A model generated the notes under the pieces. That model saw only the letters and a program-made list of their open reading frames with translations. It was not told where the DNA came from and ran no database searches. The translations under genes and the position numbers were made by a program. A stretch of 64,000 bases of DNA from Chiloscyllium plagiosum (taxonomy: Eukaryota): contig NC_057719.1 of NCBI RefSeq assembly GCF_004010195.1, positions 25,680,663 through 25,744,662 of the forward strand, written 5' to 3'. Shown piece after piece: positions 1-12,274 of this stretch (positions are counted from its first letter, which is position 1; each line of letters starts with the position of its first letter).

Positions 1-170
1 AGGTCAGGCAGCATCAAAGGAACAGGAGAATCGACGTTTCGGGCATAAGCCCTTCCTATGCCCGAAACGTCGATTCTCCTGTTCCTTTGATGCTGCCTGA
101 CCTGCTGCGCTTTTCCAGCAACACATTTTTAAGTTCTGATCTCCAGCATCTGCAGTCCTCACTTTCTCCT
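1..170. mobile_element. Penelope-derived fold-back element, family 1 (left part outside window), interrupting CR1 ORF1
   Basis: Perfect 47-bp inverted arms at 1-47 and 57-103. Carries hammerhead stem II and GAAACGTC but lacks CTGATGA. Ends in the family tail ctgatctccagcatctgcagtcctcactttctcct. Confidence 0.75.
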
Positions 171-3100
171 AGTTGTTTCCCTGGTGCCAGGATCAAGATG
201 TCTCAGAGAGGATGCAGTATGTTCTCAAGGGGGAGAGGGGTCAGCAGGAGGTCATTGTACACATTGGAACCAATGACATAGGAAGGGAAAAGTTTGAGAT
301 TGTGAAGAGAGATTACAGAGAGTTAGGCAGGAATTTACAAAAGAGATTCGTGAGAGTAGTAATATCTGGATTACTCCCAGCGCTACAAGCTAGTGAGGGC
401 AGGGATAGGAGGATAGAGCAGATGAATGTATGGCTGAGGAGCTGGTGTATGGGAGAAGGGTTCACATTTTTGGATCATGGGAAGCTCTTCTGGGGTAGAA
501 GTGACCTGTACAAGAAGGACAGATTGCACCTGAATTGGAAGGGGACTAATATACCGGCAGGGAGATTTGCTTGAGCTGCTCGGGAGGATTCAAACTAGTA
601 AGGTGGAGGGTTGGGACCCAGAGAGATAGTGAGGAAAGAGATCAATCTGAGACTGGTACAGTTGAGAAAACAAGCGAGTCAAACAGTCAGGGCAGGCAGG
701 GACAAAGTAGAGAGCAAGGTAGGATTGATAAATGAAACTGCATTTATTTCAATGCAAGGGGCCGAAGAGGGAAGGCAGATGAACTCAGGGCATGGTTAGG
801 AACATGCGACTGGGATATCATAGTTATTCTTTTTTATTCCTGATGAAGGGCTTTTGCTCGAAACGTCGATTTCGCTGCTCCTTGGATGCTGCCTGAACTG
901 CTGTGCTCTTCCAGCACCACTAATCCAGTATCATAGTAATTACAGAAACATGGCTCAGGGATGGACAGGACTGGCAGCTTAATGTTCCAGGATACAAACG
1001 CTACAGGAAAGGAGGCAAGAGAGGACAGGGAGTGGTGTTTTTGATAAGGGATAGCATTACAGCTGTGCTGAGGGAGGATATTCCTGGAAATACATCCAGG
1101 GAAGTTATTTGGGTGGAACTGAGAAATAAGAAAGGGATGATCACCTTATTGGGGTTGTATTATAGACCCCCTAATAGTCAGAGAGAAATTGAGAAACAAA
1201 TTTGTAAGAAGATCTCAGCTATCTGTAAGAATAATAGAGTGGGGGATTTTAACTTTCCAAACATAGACTGGGACTGCCATAGTGTTAAAGGTTTAGATGG
1301 AGAGGAATTTTGTAAGTGCGTACAATAATAATATCTGATTCATTATGTGGATGTACCTATTAGAGAAGGTGCAAAACTTGACCTACTGTTGGGAAATAAG
1401 GCAGGGCAGGTGACTGAGGTGTCAGTGGGGGAGTACTTTGGGGCCAGCAACCATAATTCTATTAGTTTTAAAATAGTGATGGAAAAGGATAGACCAGATC
1501 TAAAAGTTGAAGTTCTAAATTGGAGAAAGGCCATTTTTGACTGTATTAGGCAAAACTTACAAAAGCTGACTGGGGACAGATTTTCACAGGTAAAGGGACG
1601 GCTGGAAAATGGGAAACCTTCAGAAATGAGGTATCAAGAGTCCAGACACCGTATGTTCCTATTAGGGTGAAAGGAAAGGCTGGTAGGTGTAGGGAATGCT
1701 GGATGACTGAAGAAATTGAGGGTTTGGTTTGGTTAAGAAAAAGAAGGAAGCATATGTCAGGTATAGACAGGATAGATCGAGTGAGTCCTTTGAAAAGTAT
1801 AAAGGCAGTAGGAGTATACTTAAGAAAGAAATCAGGAGGGCAAAACTGAGACATGAGTTAGCTTTGGCAAATAGAGTTAAGGAGAATTCAAAGGGTTTTT
1901 ATAAATACATTAGGGACAAAAGGGTAATTCGGGAGAGAATATGGCCCCTCAAAGATCAGCAAGGCAGCCTTTGTGTGGAGCTGCAGGAGATACTAAACGA
2001 GTATTTTGCATCAGTGTTTGCTGTGGAGAAGGACATGGAAGGTATATAATGTAGGGAAATAGTTGGTGACATCTTGAAAAATGTCCATATTACAGAGGAG
2101 GAAGTTTGGATGTCTTGAAATGCATAAAAGTGCAAAATTCCCCAGGACCTGACCTGATCAGGAATACCCTAGAACTCTGTGGGAAGCTAGGGAAGTAATT
2201 GCTGGGCCTCTTGCTGAGATATTTATATCATCGATAGTCACAGGTGAGGTGCTGGAAGACTGGAGATTGGCTAAGGTGTGCCAATATTTAAGAAAGGTAG
2301 TAAGGACAAATCCAGGAACTATAGAGCCTGACATCAGTGGTGGGCAAGTTGTTGGAGAGAATCCTGAGGGACAGGACATACATGTATTTGGAAAGGCAAG
2401 GACTGATTAGGGATAGTCAACATTGCTTTGTGCATGGGAAATCATGACTCACAAACTTGATTGAGTTTTTTTGAAGAAGTAACAAAGAGGATTGATGAAG
2501 GCGGAGCGGTAGATGTGATCTTGATGGTCTTCAGTAAGGCATTCGATAAGGTTCCCCATGGGAGACTGGTTAGCAAGGTTAGATCTCATGGAATACAGGG
2601 AGAACTAGCCATTTGGATACAGAACTGGCTCCAAGGTAGAAGACAGAAACTGGTGGTGGAGGGTTGTTTTTCAGTTTGGGGGCCTGTCACCAGTGGACCC
2701 CACAAGGATCGGTGCTGGTCCACTACTATTCATCATTTATATAAATGATTTGGATGTGAGTATAAGAGGTACAGTTAGTAAGTTTGCAGGTGACATCAAA
2801 ATTGGAGGTATAGTGGACTGCAAAGAAGGTTACCTCAGATTACAATGAGATCTTGATCAGATAGACCAATGGGCTGAGGAGTGGCAGTTGGATTTTAATT
2901 TAGATAAATGCGAGGTGCTGCATTTTGGGAAAGCAAACCTGAGCAGGATTTATACATTTAATGGTAAGGTCCTAGGGAGTAATGATGAACAGAGGGACCT
3001 TGGAGTGCAGCTTCATAGCTCCTTGAAAGTAGAGACACAGGTAGATAGGATAGTGAAGAAAGCATTTGGTATGCTTTCTTTTATTGGTCAGAGTATTGAG

Positions 3101-3236
3101 TACAGGAGTTGGGACATCATGTTGTGGCTGTACAGGACATTGGTTAGGCCACTGTTGGAATATTGCATGCAATTCTGGTCTCTTTCTTATCGGAAGGATT
3201 TCGTGAAACTTGAAAGCGTTCAGAAAAGATTTACAA
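171..3236 (+). mobile_element. Decayed CR1 LINE (ORF1 SGNH/esterase-like domain, APE endonuclease, reverse transcriptase)
   Basis: Colinear broken ORFs: VHIGTNDI...LHLN, YYRPP, GDFNFPNIDW, LDLLL, FSKAFDKVPH, FNLDKCEVLHFG, YRTLVRPLLEYC. Many stops and frameshifts, 3' truncated. Confidence 0.92.
825..928 (+). mobile_element. Short PLE-derived insertion with hammerhead motif, nested in CR1
   Basis: TSD TATCATAGT at 816-824 and 929-937. CTGATGA-A-GGGC-TTTT-GCTC-GAAAC-GTC at 840-867. Confidence 0.75.
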
Positions 3237-3239
3237 TCA

Positions 3240-4570
3240 CCCTTTGTTTCTTGCTACTAAGCAAATTTTATATACAAATTGGCATACTTCCCTGGATCCC
3301 ATGGGCTCTTCGGTTCTTAACCAGACCTTCATATGAGACCTTGTCAAAAATCTTATTTACTTCCACGTGGACTATATCAACAGCACTGCTGTTATCTACA
3401 TACCTATTCTGATCCACAAAAATTGTATTTTTTATAGACATGGTCTCTTCTGAAAAAGCCATGCTGACTATCCTTGATTAATCTTTGTCTTTCCAAGTGA
3501 TGATTAATTCTGTACCTAAGATTTCTTTCCAATACAGTTCCTCCTACAGATGTTAGATTTCCTCATTTATTCCTGCCACATCTTGAATAATCGTACCACA
3601 TCTATTACCTCCGGTCCTCTGGACACCTCCTGTGGCCAGATGAGATTTGAAAATTAATGTCAGAGCCCCATGTACTCTCCTCCTTTGCCTCCCAAAGCAG
3701 CTGGGATACATCTCATTTGGGGTTTATCCACTGTCGGATCTGCTAAAAACATGAATGCCTCCTCCCTCTCAGTGATAATTTGTTCAAGTTAATTATAGTC
3801 CCTTTCCGGATTTCTAGACCTACATCATCCCTTTCTATTGAGAACGCAGATGCAAAGTACTCATTCAAAATCTCAGCTATGTCTTTGAGCTCTACACACA
3901 GATTACCACTTTGGTCCCTACTCTTTTCCTGGTATTGCCTCTGATATATTTCCAAAATGCTTTTGAATGATCATTAATGTTACCCACCAGTGTTTTCTTG
4001 TGTCCCTTCTTTGCTTTTCTGGTTTCGTTTGTATGTAACACTTTGCACTTCTATACTCCTCTAGTGCACCCACTGTTTTGATACCCACTTTGGTATCTGC
4101 CTTAAGTTCTTTTTTCCTTCCGTATCCAATCCTGTTCACTCCTTGACATCCAGGGTTCTCTGGACTTGTTGATCCCACCTTTCACCTTTACTGGAATATG
4201 TTGACTTTGCAAGCTCACAATTACCATTTTGAATATCTTTCACTGCTCTGTTGTATATTTTCATGCAAATAGATGTTCCCAGTCCACTTTGGTCAGATCC
4301 TGTCTCATCTTATTAATATCAGCTTTCCCCCAATTCAGAATCTTTACTGCAAGTCCATTATCCATAATTATCTTGAACCTTACTGAATTATGGTCAATAT
4401 CACCGATATAGTCCCCAATATCTCTCACTTGCATGGCTTTTTTCCCTAAATTTAGGTCCAGTGCTACCCTTCCTGCTTCCTAGTTTTAAAAAATCTCCTG
4501 GACACATTTTAAGAATTCTGCAGCCCATGCCTCTCACACTTTGTCAATCCCACTGAACATTGAGGAAGTT
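3240..4570 (-). mobile_element. Older CR1 fragment, opposite orientation
   Basis: Minus-strand ORFs AVDIVHVEVNKIFDKVSYEGLV and AEILNEYFASAF are CR1 ORF2 motifs. Confidence 0.8.
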
Positions 4571-4629
4571 GAAATCCCTGACTGGGATGATTGTTAGTTT
4601 TTACATTTTCCAAAGAATGTTGTTTTTGA

Positions 4630-5700
4630 TATCACGTACAGTGAATTGAATTGGCTAAAGCCTGGCATCTGGGATGCTGGGGACAGCTGGAAGAGGCCGA
4701 GATGGATCATCCACTGATGTGATGGTCAGCCCCTACATTGAGAATGGGGATGCTTGTGGCACCTTCTCCTCCTATGAGTTATTCCATTTTCCACCACCAT
4801 TCATGACTGGATGTGGCAGAACTGCACAGTTGTTTATGAGATCTCACAGCTCCTGCCTATCGCATGCTGCTTGCACTGCTTGGCACGCAGCACAGTGATG
4901 TACAGTTAGGAGGGAGTTGCCCCGCGAGTCCTGTTTTGGAGCTTCTGCAGGTTGACACCTCATACTCAGAAATGCCTGGTGTTGCTCCGGGCTCGCCTTT
5001 CTGCCCTCTCTATTGAATCAGGGTTGATCCCCTGGCTTGATTGTAATGGTAGAGTGGGGTATATGCTGGGCCATGAGGTTACAGATTGTGGTTGAATACA
5101 ATTCTGTTGCTCATGGATTTAAGTTGCTAGATCTGTTCAAAACCTATCCCTTTTGGAATGGTGGTAAAGTCACACAATGTGATGGAGGGTATCCTCAGTG
5201 TGAAGGGAGAACTTTTATCTCTGAAAGGACTGTCCAGTTGCTAGTCCTACTGATACTGTCATGGACGGATTATAGCCACTGGACAGATTAATGTACAACA
5301 ACTCATTTGGTGATGTCAAGATGGAGTAGGTTTTTCCATCACGTTGGTTCCCTCAACACCTTCTGCAGACCCAGTCTTATATCTATAACTTTTGGGACTT
5401 GGTAATGTATTTTGTATTGAAGTCCCTCACCTAAAATAAATTCTGTGCCTTCGCCCCGAGTCATGTTCAAAATGGAGGAGCACTCAGGGAGAGGAACGAT
5501 TGTTGGTAATTAGCACTTTGTTTCCTTGTCCATGTTTGACCTGGTGCAAGAGATTTCATGTGGTCCAGAGTCAATGTTGAGGGGTCCCAGGGCAACTCCC
5601 TCCTAACTGTACATCACTGTGCTGCAATCTATGATAGATTTGTCATGTGGGTAGAACAGGACAAATCCAGGGATGTCTTGAATATTGAATGGCAAGTTCT
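4630..5700 (-). mobile_element. Fragment of a second, old LINE family (CR1/L2 superclade)
   Basis: Similar by eye to 26120-26487, 27135-27440 and 35420-36410 (shared gatggatcatccact and ccaccaccattcatgactggatgtggcag). Confidence 0.65.
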
Positions 5701-5721
5701 GTGAGAATGTGTGTGATGGGC

Positions 5722-5900
5722 TGTTGGAGAAACTCAGCAGGTCTGGCAGCATCTTTGGAGAGAGAAAACAGAGTTAGCATTTCGAGTCTGTTTAGAAGAA
5801 GTCGGTTTCTTTCTCCACACTTGCTGCCAGACCCCTGATGAGTTTATTCAGCACTTTCTCTTTTCATTTCAGATTTCCAGCATCTGTAGTATTTCACTTT
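5722..5900. mobile_element. PLE-derived fold-back element, family 2, degenerate
   Basis: Arm aactcagcaggtctggcagcatct is inverted against gctgccagacccctgatgagttt. Tail atttcagatttccagcatctgtagt. Confidence 0.6.
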
Positions 5901-6734
5901 TATATATTAGCCTATTGCTTGATTAGTCTGTAGGGCAGCTCTCCCAATTTTGTTAATAATAAGCTCTGTGTGTCATTGAATTTAAGGACTTTTTGAAAGA
6001 TCTTGTCAGACTATAACTCACAACAATTAACCTTCTCTGCCATTCAACAGGATCATGACTGATCTGACATTCCTCAAATCCACCTTTCTGCGTTATCTTC
6101 ATAATCCTTGATTCCCCTAATGATCGAAACTTAAACTGCCCCACAGCTCTCTATTATAAGGAATTCCAAAGACTCACAATCCTCAGAGAAGAAATTCCTC
6201 CTCAACTCAGTCTTAAATTGGTGCTCCTGAATTCTGAGACTATGCCCTCTGGTCTTAGGTTCTCCCATGAGAGGAAACCTCCTTAACATTTACCTTGTCG
6301 TGCCCTTAACAATCCTGTACGTTCCAATGAGATCACTTCTCATTCTTCTAAACTCCAGTGTTTCGGACTGGGCTACTGAATGTCATAGAGATGAAGACTA
6401 ACAAATGGTCAGTCAGAAAAAGCAAGCGTCATGTTCCGAGCAGAGGTGGGGCCAATCATTTTCAATATGGCTAATCAGCAATAATGTGATGGAGCAGAAC
6501 TCCGCACCTCAGACCGTGCATCCCACATCTCCCCTGCCTCCAAACTGTTAGACAACCAATCTAAATTTCATCATACTGGAGTAAATGAAATAAAATGAAA
6601 TCAGTATTATAATGGATGTAAAATTAGATGGCTAAGTTGAAACCTCCCTTGCAGAATTTCTATTTACATGTACAAAACAGTCCAAAGGTACTAAAACATA
6701 TTTTCCATAAATGAGAAATTTTAAAAATGATTAC

Positions 6735-7043
6735 CAGTATTTCCAACTGACATCGAATCATAAATCAGCTTGCAGGACTTGAGCAGATAGGTGACCTTCT
6801 TGTCTGGTGAATAAGCTTGGTGCATGGTACTGAGTTTCTGCTGTATTTTCTCCAAGACGCTAACTTCAGGTACACTGGTAGTTACACCCAAGTCGGTGGT
6901 AGTTGTGTTTTGCATAATCTGTTGGTTCTCTTTCAAAAGCTTCAGATTGCCATTTTTGGAATGAATTTCCTTTAGTTGCATGTTGATATGGTCTTTTAAT
7001 GGTTTGAGAACACATTTACACAATGCTGATTCCACAACAGCTT
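6735..7043 (-). CDS. RIN3: RIN3 coding exon (VPS9 Rab5-GEF region, first part), 309 nt
   Basis: attttAG|AAGCTGTT...AATACTG|GTaat. Translates (E)AVVESALCKCVLKPLK...TTTTDLGVTTSVPE...MHQAYSPDKKVTYLLKSCKLIYDSMSVGNT(G). I found no downstream VPS9 or RA exons in the window. Confidence 0.94.
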
Positions 7044-8062
7044 CTAAAATAGATAAGAAGTTAGTTAAGCAACACACATTGCAAATAAAAATTGACAGAA
7101 GGATTAGAATTAATTGGTGTAATACATAAATTATATGAATTTTATTAAACTGCAACTAATCTCTCTGGCTCCATGTAGTGAACTTACTGAATGCCTCATA
7201 ATTTGCTTTAAGTCCAATGGCTGTGAATTTAGGAAATCTGAGGCAATGTTTTTCCTGCTTTTCTGTTTTTGCATTGAGACTTCTTTCCTGTTTACTTTTC
7301 CTTTCTTATTAAATCCACCCTCTAGAAGATAACTTCTGTCTCTAGTCTAATTTTCACAAGGTACTGATTTACATTTGTGTATTTATAAGACATTCATTAC
7401 AAAACTTCTTACTCCTTACAAGACTTTAATTAAGCCTCTGCTGTCATGTTGTGTTCAATTTTGTCTCCTCACATGGTCAAGATATTGAGACTTTGGAAAG
7501 AGTGCAGAGGAACATCAATAGATTAATCCTACTTTAAAAAAGCACAGATTCAGAGATGATTTGATTGATGATTATTAGATCACAGAGGACCAGATGGTGT
7601 CTGTATAACCAGATTATTTTTAAAGCATATATTAGAGTGGACCGGAAGGTAACCCCACAAATTACATGAGGGTTGAATTAGATATGATGCTAAAAGGGTT
7701 TTCTGTTCTCTTGAATAGCATGCAAGCTCATAAAACAAAGACTGAAATTGATTCCTTCAGCTGAGAGATAGACTTGCTTTTAATTGACACCGAGATCACT
7801 TCATACAACTTACATGTACTTTGTAACATTAATTAGGTTCAGTGTGGTCTCTGGACCAGAACTGATCACCTAAGGGTCAAATGATTTGTCCTGAAATTGT
7901 TTTCTTAATTGTTTTGGTTTTTAATCTATCTTTTGCTTTTTGCCTTTATCAGGAGAGTATCTAGCTCTGAGTGGGTTAAGGACTGGATGTATTGTGAAGC
8001 GCTGTCACAATGGTCAAAGTTCCCCTGGCTTCTGGAACTGTTGCATGCTTATCAAACACAAT

Positions 8063-8342
8063 AGAATAATAGAATCCCTACATTGTGGAAAGACACCATT
8101 CAGCTCATCGAGTCCACAATGACCCTCCGAAGAGCATCACACCCAGACCCAGCCCTCCACTCTATCCTCAAAACCCCACATTTCCCATGGCTAATCCACC
8201 CAGCCTGCACATGCCCGGACACTATGGGAAATTTAGTATGGCCAATCCACCTAACCTACATGTCTTTGGACTGTAGGAGGTAAGTTGTGGGAGGGTCCCA
8301 GCCACTTTAAGGCAGCAGTGTTAACTGCTGAGCCCCTGTGAA
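8063..8342 (-). mobile_element. HE1/V-SINE, internally deleted
   Basis: V-domain atggccaatccacctaacct...tctttggactgt, head aggcagcagtgttaact, and (ATAGA)n tail. Confidence 0.75.
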
Positions 8343-8532
8343 ATAGGTTTCAGCAAGCTTATGTCTCTTTAGTGGCCTAAATGGAGGTGAAGTGTGGTCT
8401 AATGTTGATCTGAAGTGTTTGCTGATCACCTCTCATCACCACAATCTCTAGGGATTTAATGTCACTCTAAATGCCCACATTCTCTGAATGCTAGTTGGTC
8501 TTTGGACATCTGCCTAGAAAAATGATCGAATA

Positions 8533-8632
8533 CAAAAACAGGAATTACTGGAGAAACTCGGCAGGTCTGGCAGCATCTGTGGAGGGAAAAACAGAGTCAA
8601 TGTTTCGGGTCCAGTGACCCTTCTTCAGAACT
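8533..8632 (-). mobile_element. PLE terminal fragment, family 2, with hammerhead motif
   Basis: Minus strand AGTT-CTGAAGA-A-GGGTC-ACTG-GACCC-GAAAC-ATT-GACT at 8632-8595. Confidence 0.75.
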
Positions 8633-9329
8633 AAGAGTTGTGTTGACATTATTAACACACAAACCTCCTGCCTGCTTCTGACGGTGATTGTTTCAGGAAA
8701 GACATGGCAAGCACAAACAACCCAGAACCCAATGTTGCAAATCTTAATATCTAAGACCTGGTACTCAGAGGGCATTAGGCAGGTTTGTATTTACTACAAA
8801 ACGGATTCCTGTTTCACTATCAACCAGATTTACTGCAAAGTCTTGACTGTACAATGTTAAAGGATGGATTTCCTACTCAAAAGTCAGAGGAGAGTCAAAA
8901 ATAAAACATTGTCAATTCAGGTGCAAAGCTTCCTATTCGATAGCATTGTTCAATTCTTTGGAGGCAAGGCCTTTACCTCAGTTATCATTGAGCAAGAATT
9001 TCTTCCAGTAAGTAATGATAAATTCACAGACTGTACAGAAATATGATTTTCAGATCATAACATTTGTGCCATACTTTTTCACCATCTACAGTATTAATAA
9101 TCTCACTCTCATGGACATTCCCTGCTGCAGCCTCCACCCCCACAGCTAGGAAAATCTCTTTTAAGAAACTTTGTCAACATGGTTTCAACAACTGTTCATG
9201 GTGCAGAATCCAATGTTATGACCATTACTGTGTAAAGAATCACTTTTCTAACCCCTCCTTAAATTCTTACAGTGGTCATCTTAACCTTGTGCCTCACAAA
9301 TTAGAAATACAGCAAAAATCAATCTTTAC

Positions 9330-10775
9330 CCAGTTTTTCTTCAGATTGGTAAGATGAATCCACCATTTGGGTCAACTCTGTACTTTGTAGTAAATAGCTC
9401 TTGAGCTGTGTCATCATCTGCCGAATCTCCTGCAACATTTCTGTGCTAGAGGTATGATTCTGCATCACTTCCATTGTGTATGCTTTGTAATCCTGAACCA
9501 GGTGACCAAAATATGACTCCTTCTCTTGAGCCAGTTCTGTTATTTTCTTCTGAATTTTTCTGTCTGTTGAACGGAAAGCATTCAAAACATTGCTTAATGT
9601 CACAATTGACAGTCTGTTTCTTGCTTTGTCCAACATCATAGAGTGCCGTTGCTTCCTAGTTCGTGAATGAGTGTGCACTGGATCTTGCTCTTCCTCTGTG
9701 CTGCTGGTGGAGTAAGAATCTGCTTCGGAAATGGGATTGGATATGTTCCCTTCAGGTGAGTACAACGACCCATCAGCTAGTTTCAAATCCGTGGAGTTAC
9801 ATGATTGCACACAATCGCTCTGCATTGAGGAGTCAGAGACATCTTCTGACTGATCCTTTATTGTAACTAACTTAACTATCTTTGACGCTTTGTTTTCCTG
9901 ACCTCTGGTAGTGTGTTCTTGGTGGGTGTCTTTGCTGGCAATTTGGTTGGATAATTTTTTTCTTCTTGGAGGAGCAATAGGTGTAGACTGACCTAACTGT
10001 TTCCATTGCACAGTATTGGACATGCCTGAAGTGCTGTTATTCAAACCATCAATACTTTGCGATTTGTCACTCATCAATTCCTGCTGTTCATTTGCAGCCG
10101 ATTTAATGGAGTCTTCAACCGGCAGCTTATCATTCCCTGTATTATCAATGCTTTGTTCAACTTCCTTAGCCTCCTTCCTTCTCTCCTCACTCTGGCTGCT
10201 GTCAATGTCTGCAGGTTGCTTTTCTGATGGCCGTCGTCTTGGTGGAACTGGTGGGAACTTATCGCGAATTGGAGTTCCTATATAGTCCACATTGTTTTCA
10301 ATTTCTTTTCTGCCCTGTGGCAAGGCCTGAACCTGCTTGATTAAATTGTCATGCTCCCTTCCAATTTTAATTTCATCATCATTTTTCTTGAGCACTTTGT
10401 CGCACAGTGACTGGTTTCTATTTCCACAGCTATCAGACAGCACAGCAGTCAGTTCTGATGGCTTTGGTCGGGGAGGGAGTGGTGGGGGTCTCTTCACTTT
10501 CAGATCCATGTTATTTGTAGAGCTTGGGCGTTGGTCTGCTGATGGTTCTGTTGAAGGGCCAGTGCTGCAGCATTCTTTTATAAACACAGGATTGACAAAC
10601 CACAATTTGTCATTTCCTGCTGACAACTCAACTTCGCATGAACATTGCCTTTTATCAGCAGATATGTTTGGAGTCATTTGATGGCCTTGAATCTGGTTGT
10701 TAATGGTATTCAAGTCTTTCAAAACTGAACGAGTTTCTTCCTGACTTGGTTTATTTAAATATGAACTCCAGAAAT
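9330..10775 (-). CDS. RIN3: RIN3 large coding exon (proline-rich region and start of RIN-homology/VPS9 helical region), 1446 nt
   Basis: Lies within the 494-aa ORF 9319..10803. Acceptor gtcctctgtgatAG at 10777-10776, donor G|GTaaag at 9329. Contains DFWSS, LWFVNPVFI, PPPLPPRP, PPVPPRRR, PIAPPRRKK, DSYSTSSTEEE, YFGHLVQDYK and SSTEMLQEIRQMMTQLKSYL. Confidence 0.95.
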
Positions 10776-11164
10776 CTATCACAGAGGACACAATAAGCAG
10801 CAAAACATTTCAGTCAAAGAAGTACAACATAAATTGCAGAATAATAGCCAAAAGTAATCATGTGCTATACATTTTAAGTATTTTACATGTGATTATATGT
10901 GAGTCTAAATAGACACCTTCTATATGAAACTTTGCATTATATGCTTCATCATTTACATCTACGCAAACTGCAATATATCTCTTTGCTGAATTTGCAGCAT
11001 ACCATTTTGAAAGTGTTAAATCTAATTTGGTGGGCCTACTAATTGAATAAGTCCTGGTTGGGACCATTAGTTTGTGATGTTTCCAATTTCCCATCTTGTT
11101 AATGGCAAGGAAATGGGCTACACCCTGCACAGGGTGTACTAACCTTTGCGTGCCATTCCTCTTT

Positions 11165-11480
11165 CTTTAATAATATGCCCCCTAGTGCTTAACTCCCCCA
11201 TTCTAGGAAAATGACCTTTGTTATTCCCCTCATGATTTTATAAACCACTGTAAGGTCACCCCTCATCCTCCTATGCTCCAGTGAAAACGTCTCAGCCTAT
11301 TTTTATAACTCAAACCCTCCATTTCCGGCAACATCCTGATAAATCTTTTCTGAACTCTCTCCAATTTATTTATATCTTTCCTATAACAGGGTGGCGTGAA
11401 CTGATTATGGTATTCCAGGCAGAGGCCTCACCAACGTACTGTACAAACACAACATGACGTCCCAACTCCTACTCTCCATG
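11165..11480 (-). mobile_element. CR1 3' fragment
   Basis: taaggtcacccctc, ggcaacatcct and caacatgacgtcccaactcct are shared with other CR1 3' ends in the window. Confidence 0.75.
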
Positions 11481-12182
11481 TTTCCCCAAATTTGATGCTG
11501 ATGTCAGGGCTTCCCAAAGGGAATGGATCACAAACAGAAATTTGAGGGTTGCGAGGTCCAAGGCAATAATGGCTACCATTGAGCTCTGACTGAGTGAACC
11601 TCTGCTGTGAGACAGTTTAAGCCCTTGTATTTTTCACATGTAGAAATAGCTTAAATATCGTGAACCTCGTGTTCTGGCTCCTGAAGCTGTAAACATTGTG
11701 TACTTCAAAAACATTGAAATATCCTGATAACTCTCTGTATTCCACCTCACTACCTGCCCTCCTCGTCGTTCTCTCTCAGGGGGGTCATGCTAATTTTCCA
11801 GCCTTGAAAAAAAGAGAGAAATTTTGGGAACCACTGCATTACATGTCTTGGGGACCATTTGAAAGGTGTTTTTACTGAATCATTAACATCAAATAATTGC
11901 AAAGAATTTGAAATTAAATGGAATATTATTTTGTCTATTTCTCTTCACTGTGCGTTCTGAAAGAAATATATTTGTTCTGACACAAAGCCAATGATGTAAT
12001 GGGGAGGAAATGGTTTGTGTATGTTGCTGGAAACAATAATGTGAAGGAGCCAGTGAAAATGTAATACTTCTGGATTGTGGAATGTTGTGCACATCCGTTG
12101 TAACAATACAGTCAGCTATCATTATTATTCAAGATGTCAAACACAGATTCTACAAAAGACAAAACTTTCCATCAGTGCATAC

Positions 12183-12274
12183 CTATCCCCAGATGTGAAA
12201 CAACTTGTAATTCTTCAGAATTTGTTGCTTCTGCTATTGCTTGTGGTAAAACCAGTGTCGATGGCAATATATCT
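12183..12274 (-). CDS. RIN3: RIN3 coding exon (end of SH2), 92 nt
   Basis: ttttttttgtgtacAG|AGATATATTG...GGGATAG|GTatgc. Translates (R)DILPSTLVLPQAIAEATNSEELQVVSHLGI(D), matching the RIN-family RDxLPxTLxLPxAI motif. Phases are consistent on both sides. Confidence 0.92.

Noticed and set aside
173..574. SGNH/GDSL esterase-like ORFs (also 13690-14058) as host or horizontally acquired genes
   Set aside because: They sit directly upstream of APE-RT in CR1 elements, where an ORF1 esterase domain is known, and they are disrupted.
5833..5845. CTGATGAG as a hammerhead core or C/D box
   Set aside because: No stem II or GAAA follows. It is a mutated arm sequence (consensus cctgctgag).
7044..7155. Hydrophobic N-terminus of ORF 6721..7155 as a signal peptide or TM helix
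   Set aside because: It is AT-rich intron read-through upstream of the acceptor at 7045-7044.
10776..10803. Start of the 494-aa ORF as a single-exon gene
   Set aside because: The first nine codons are intronic. An AG acceptor at 10777-10776 joins in frame to the upstream exon, and a GT donor precedes the stop.
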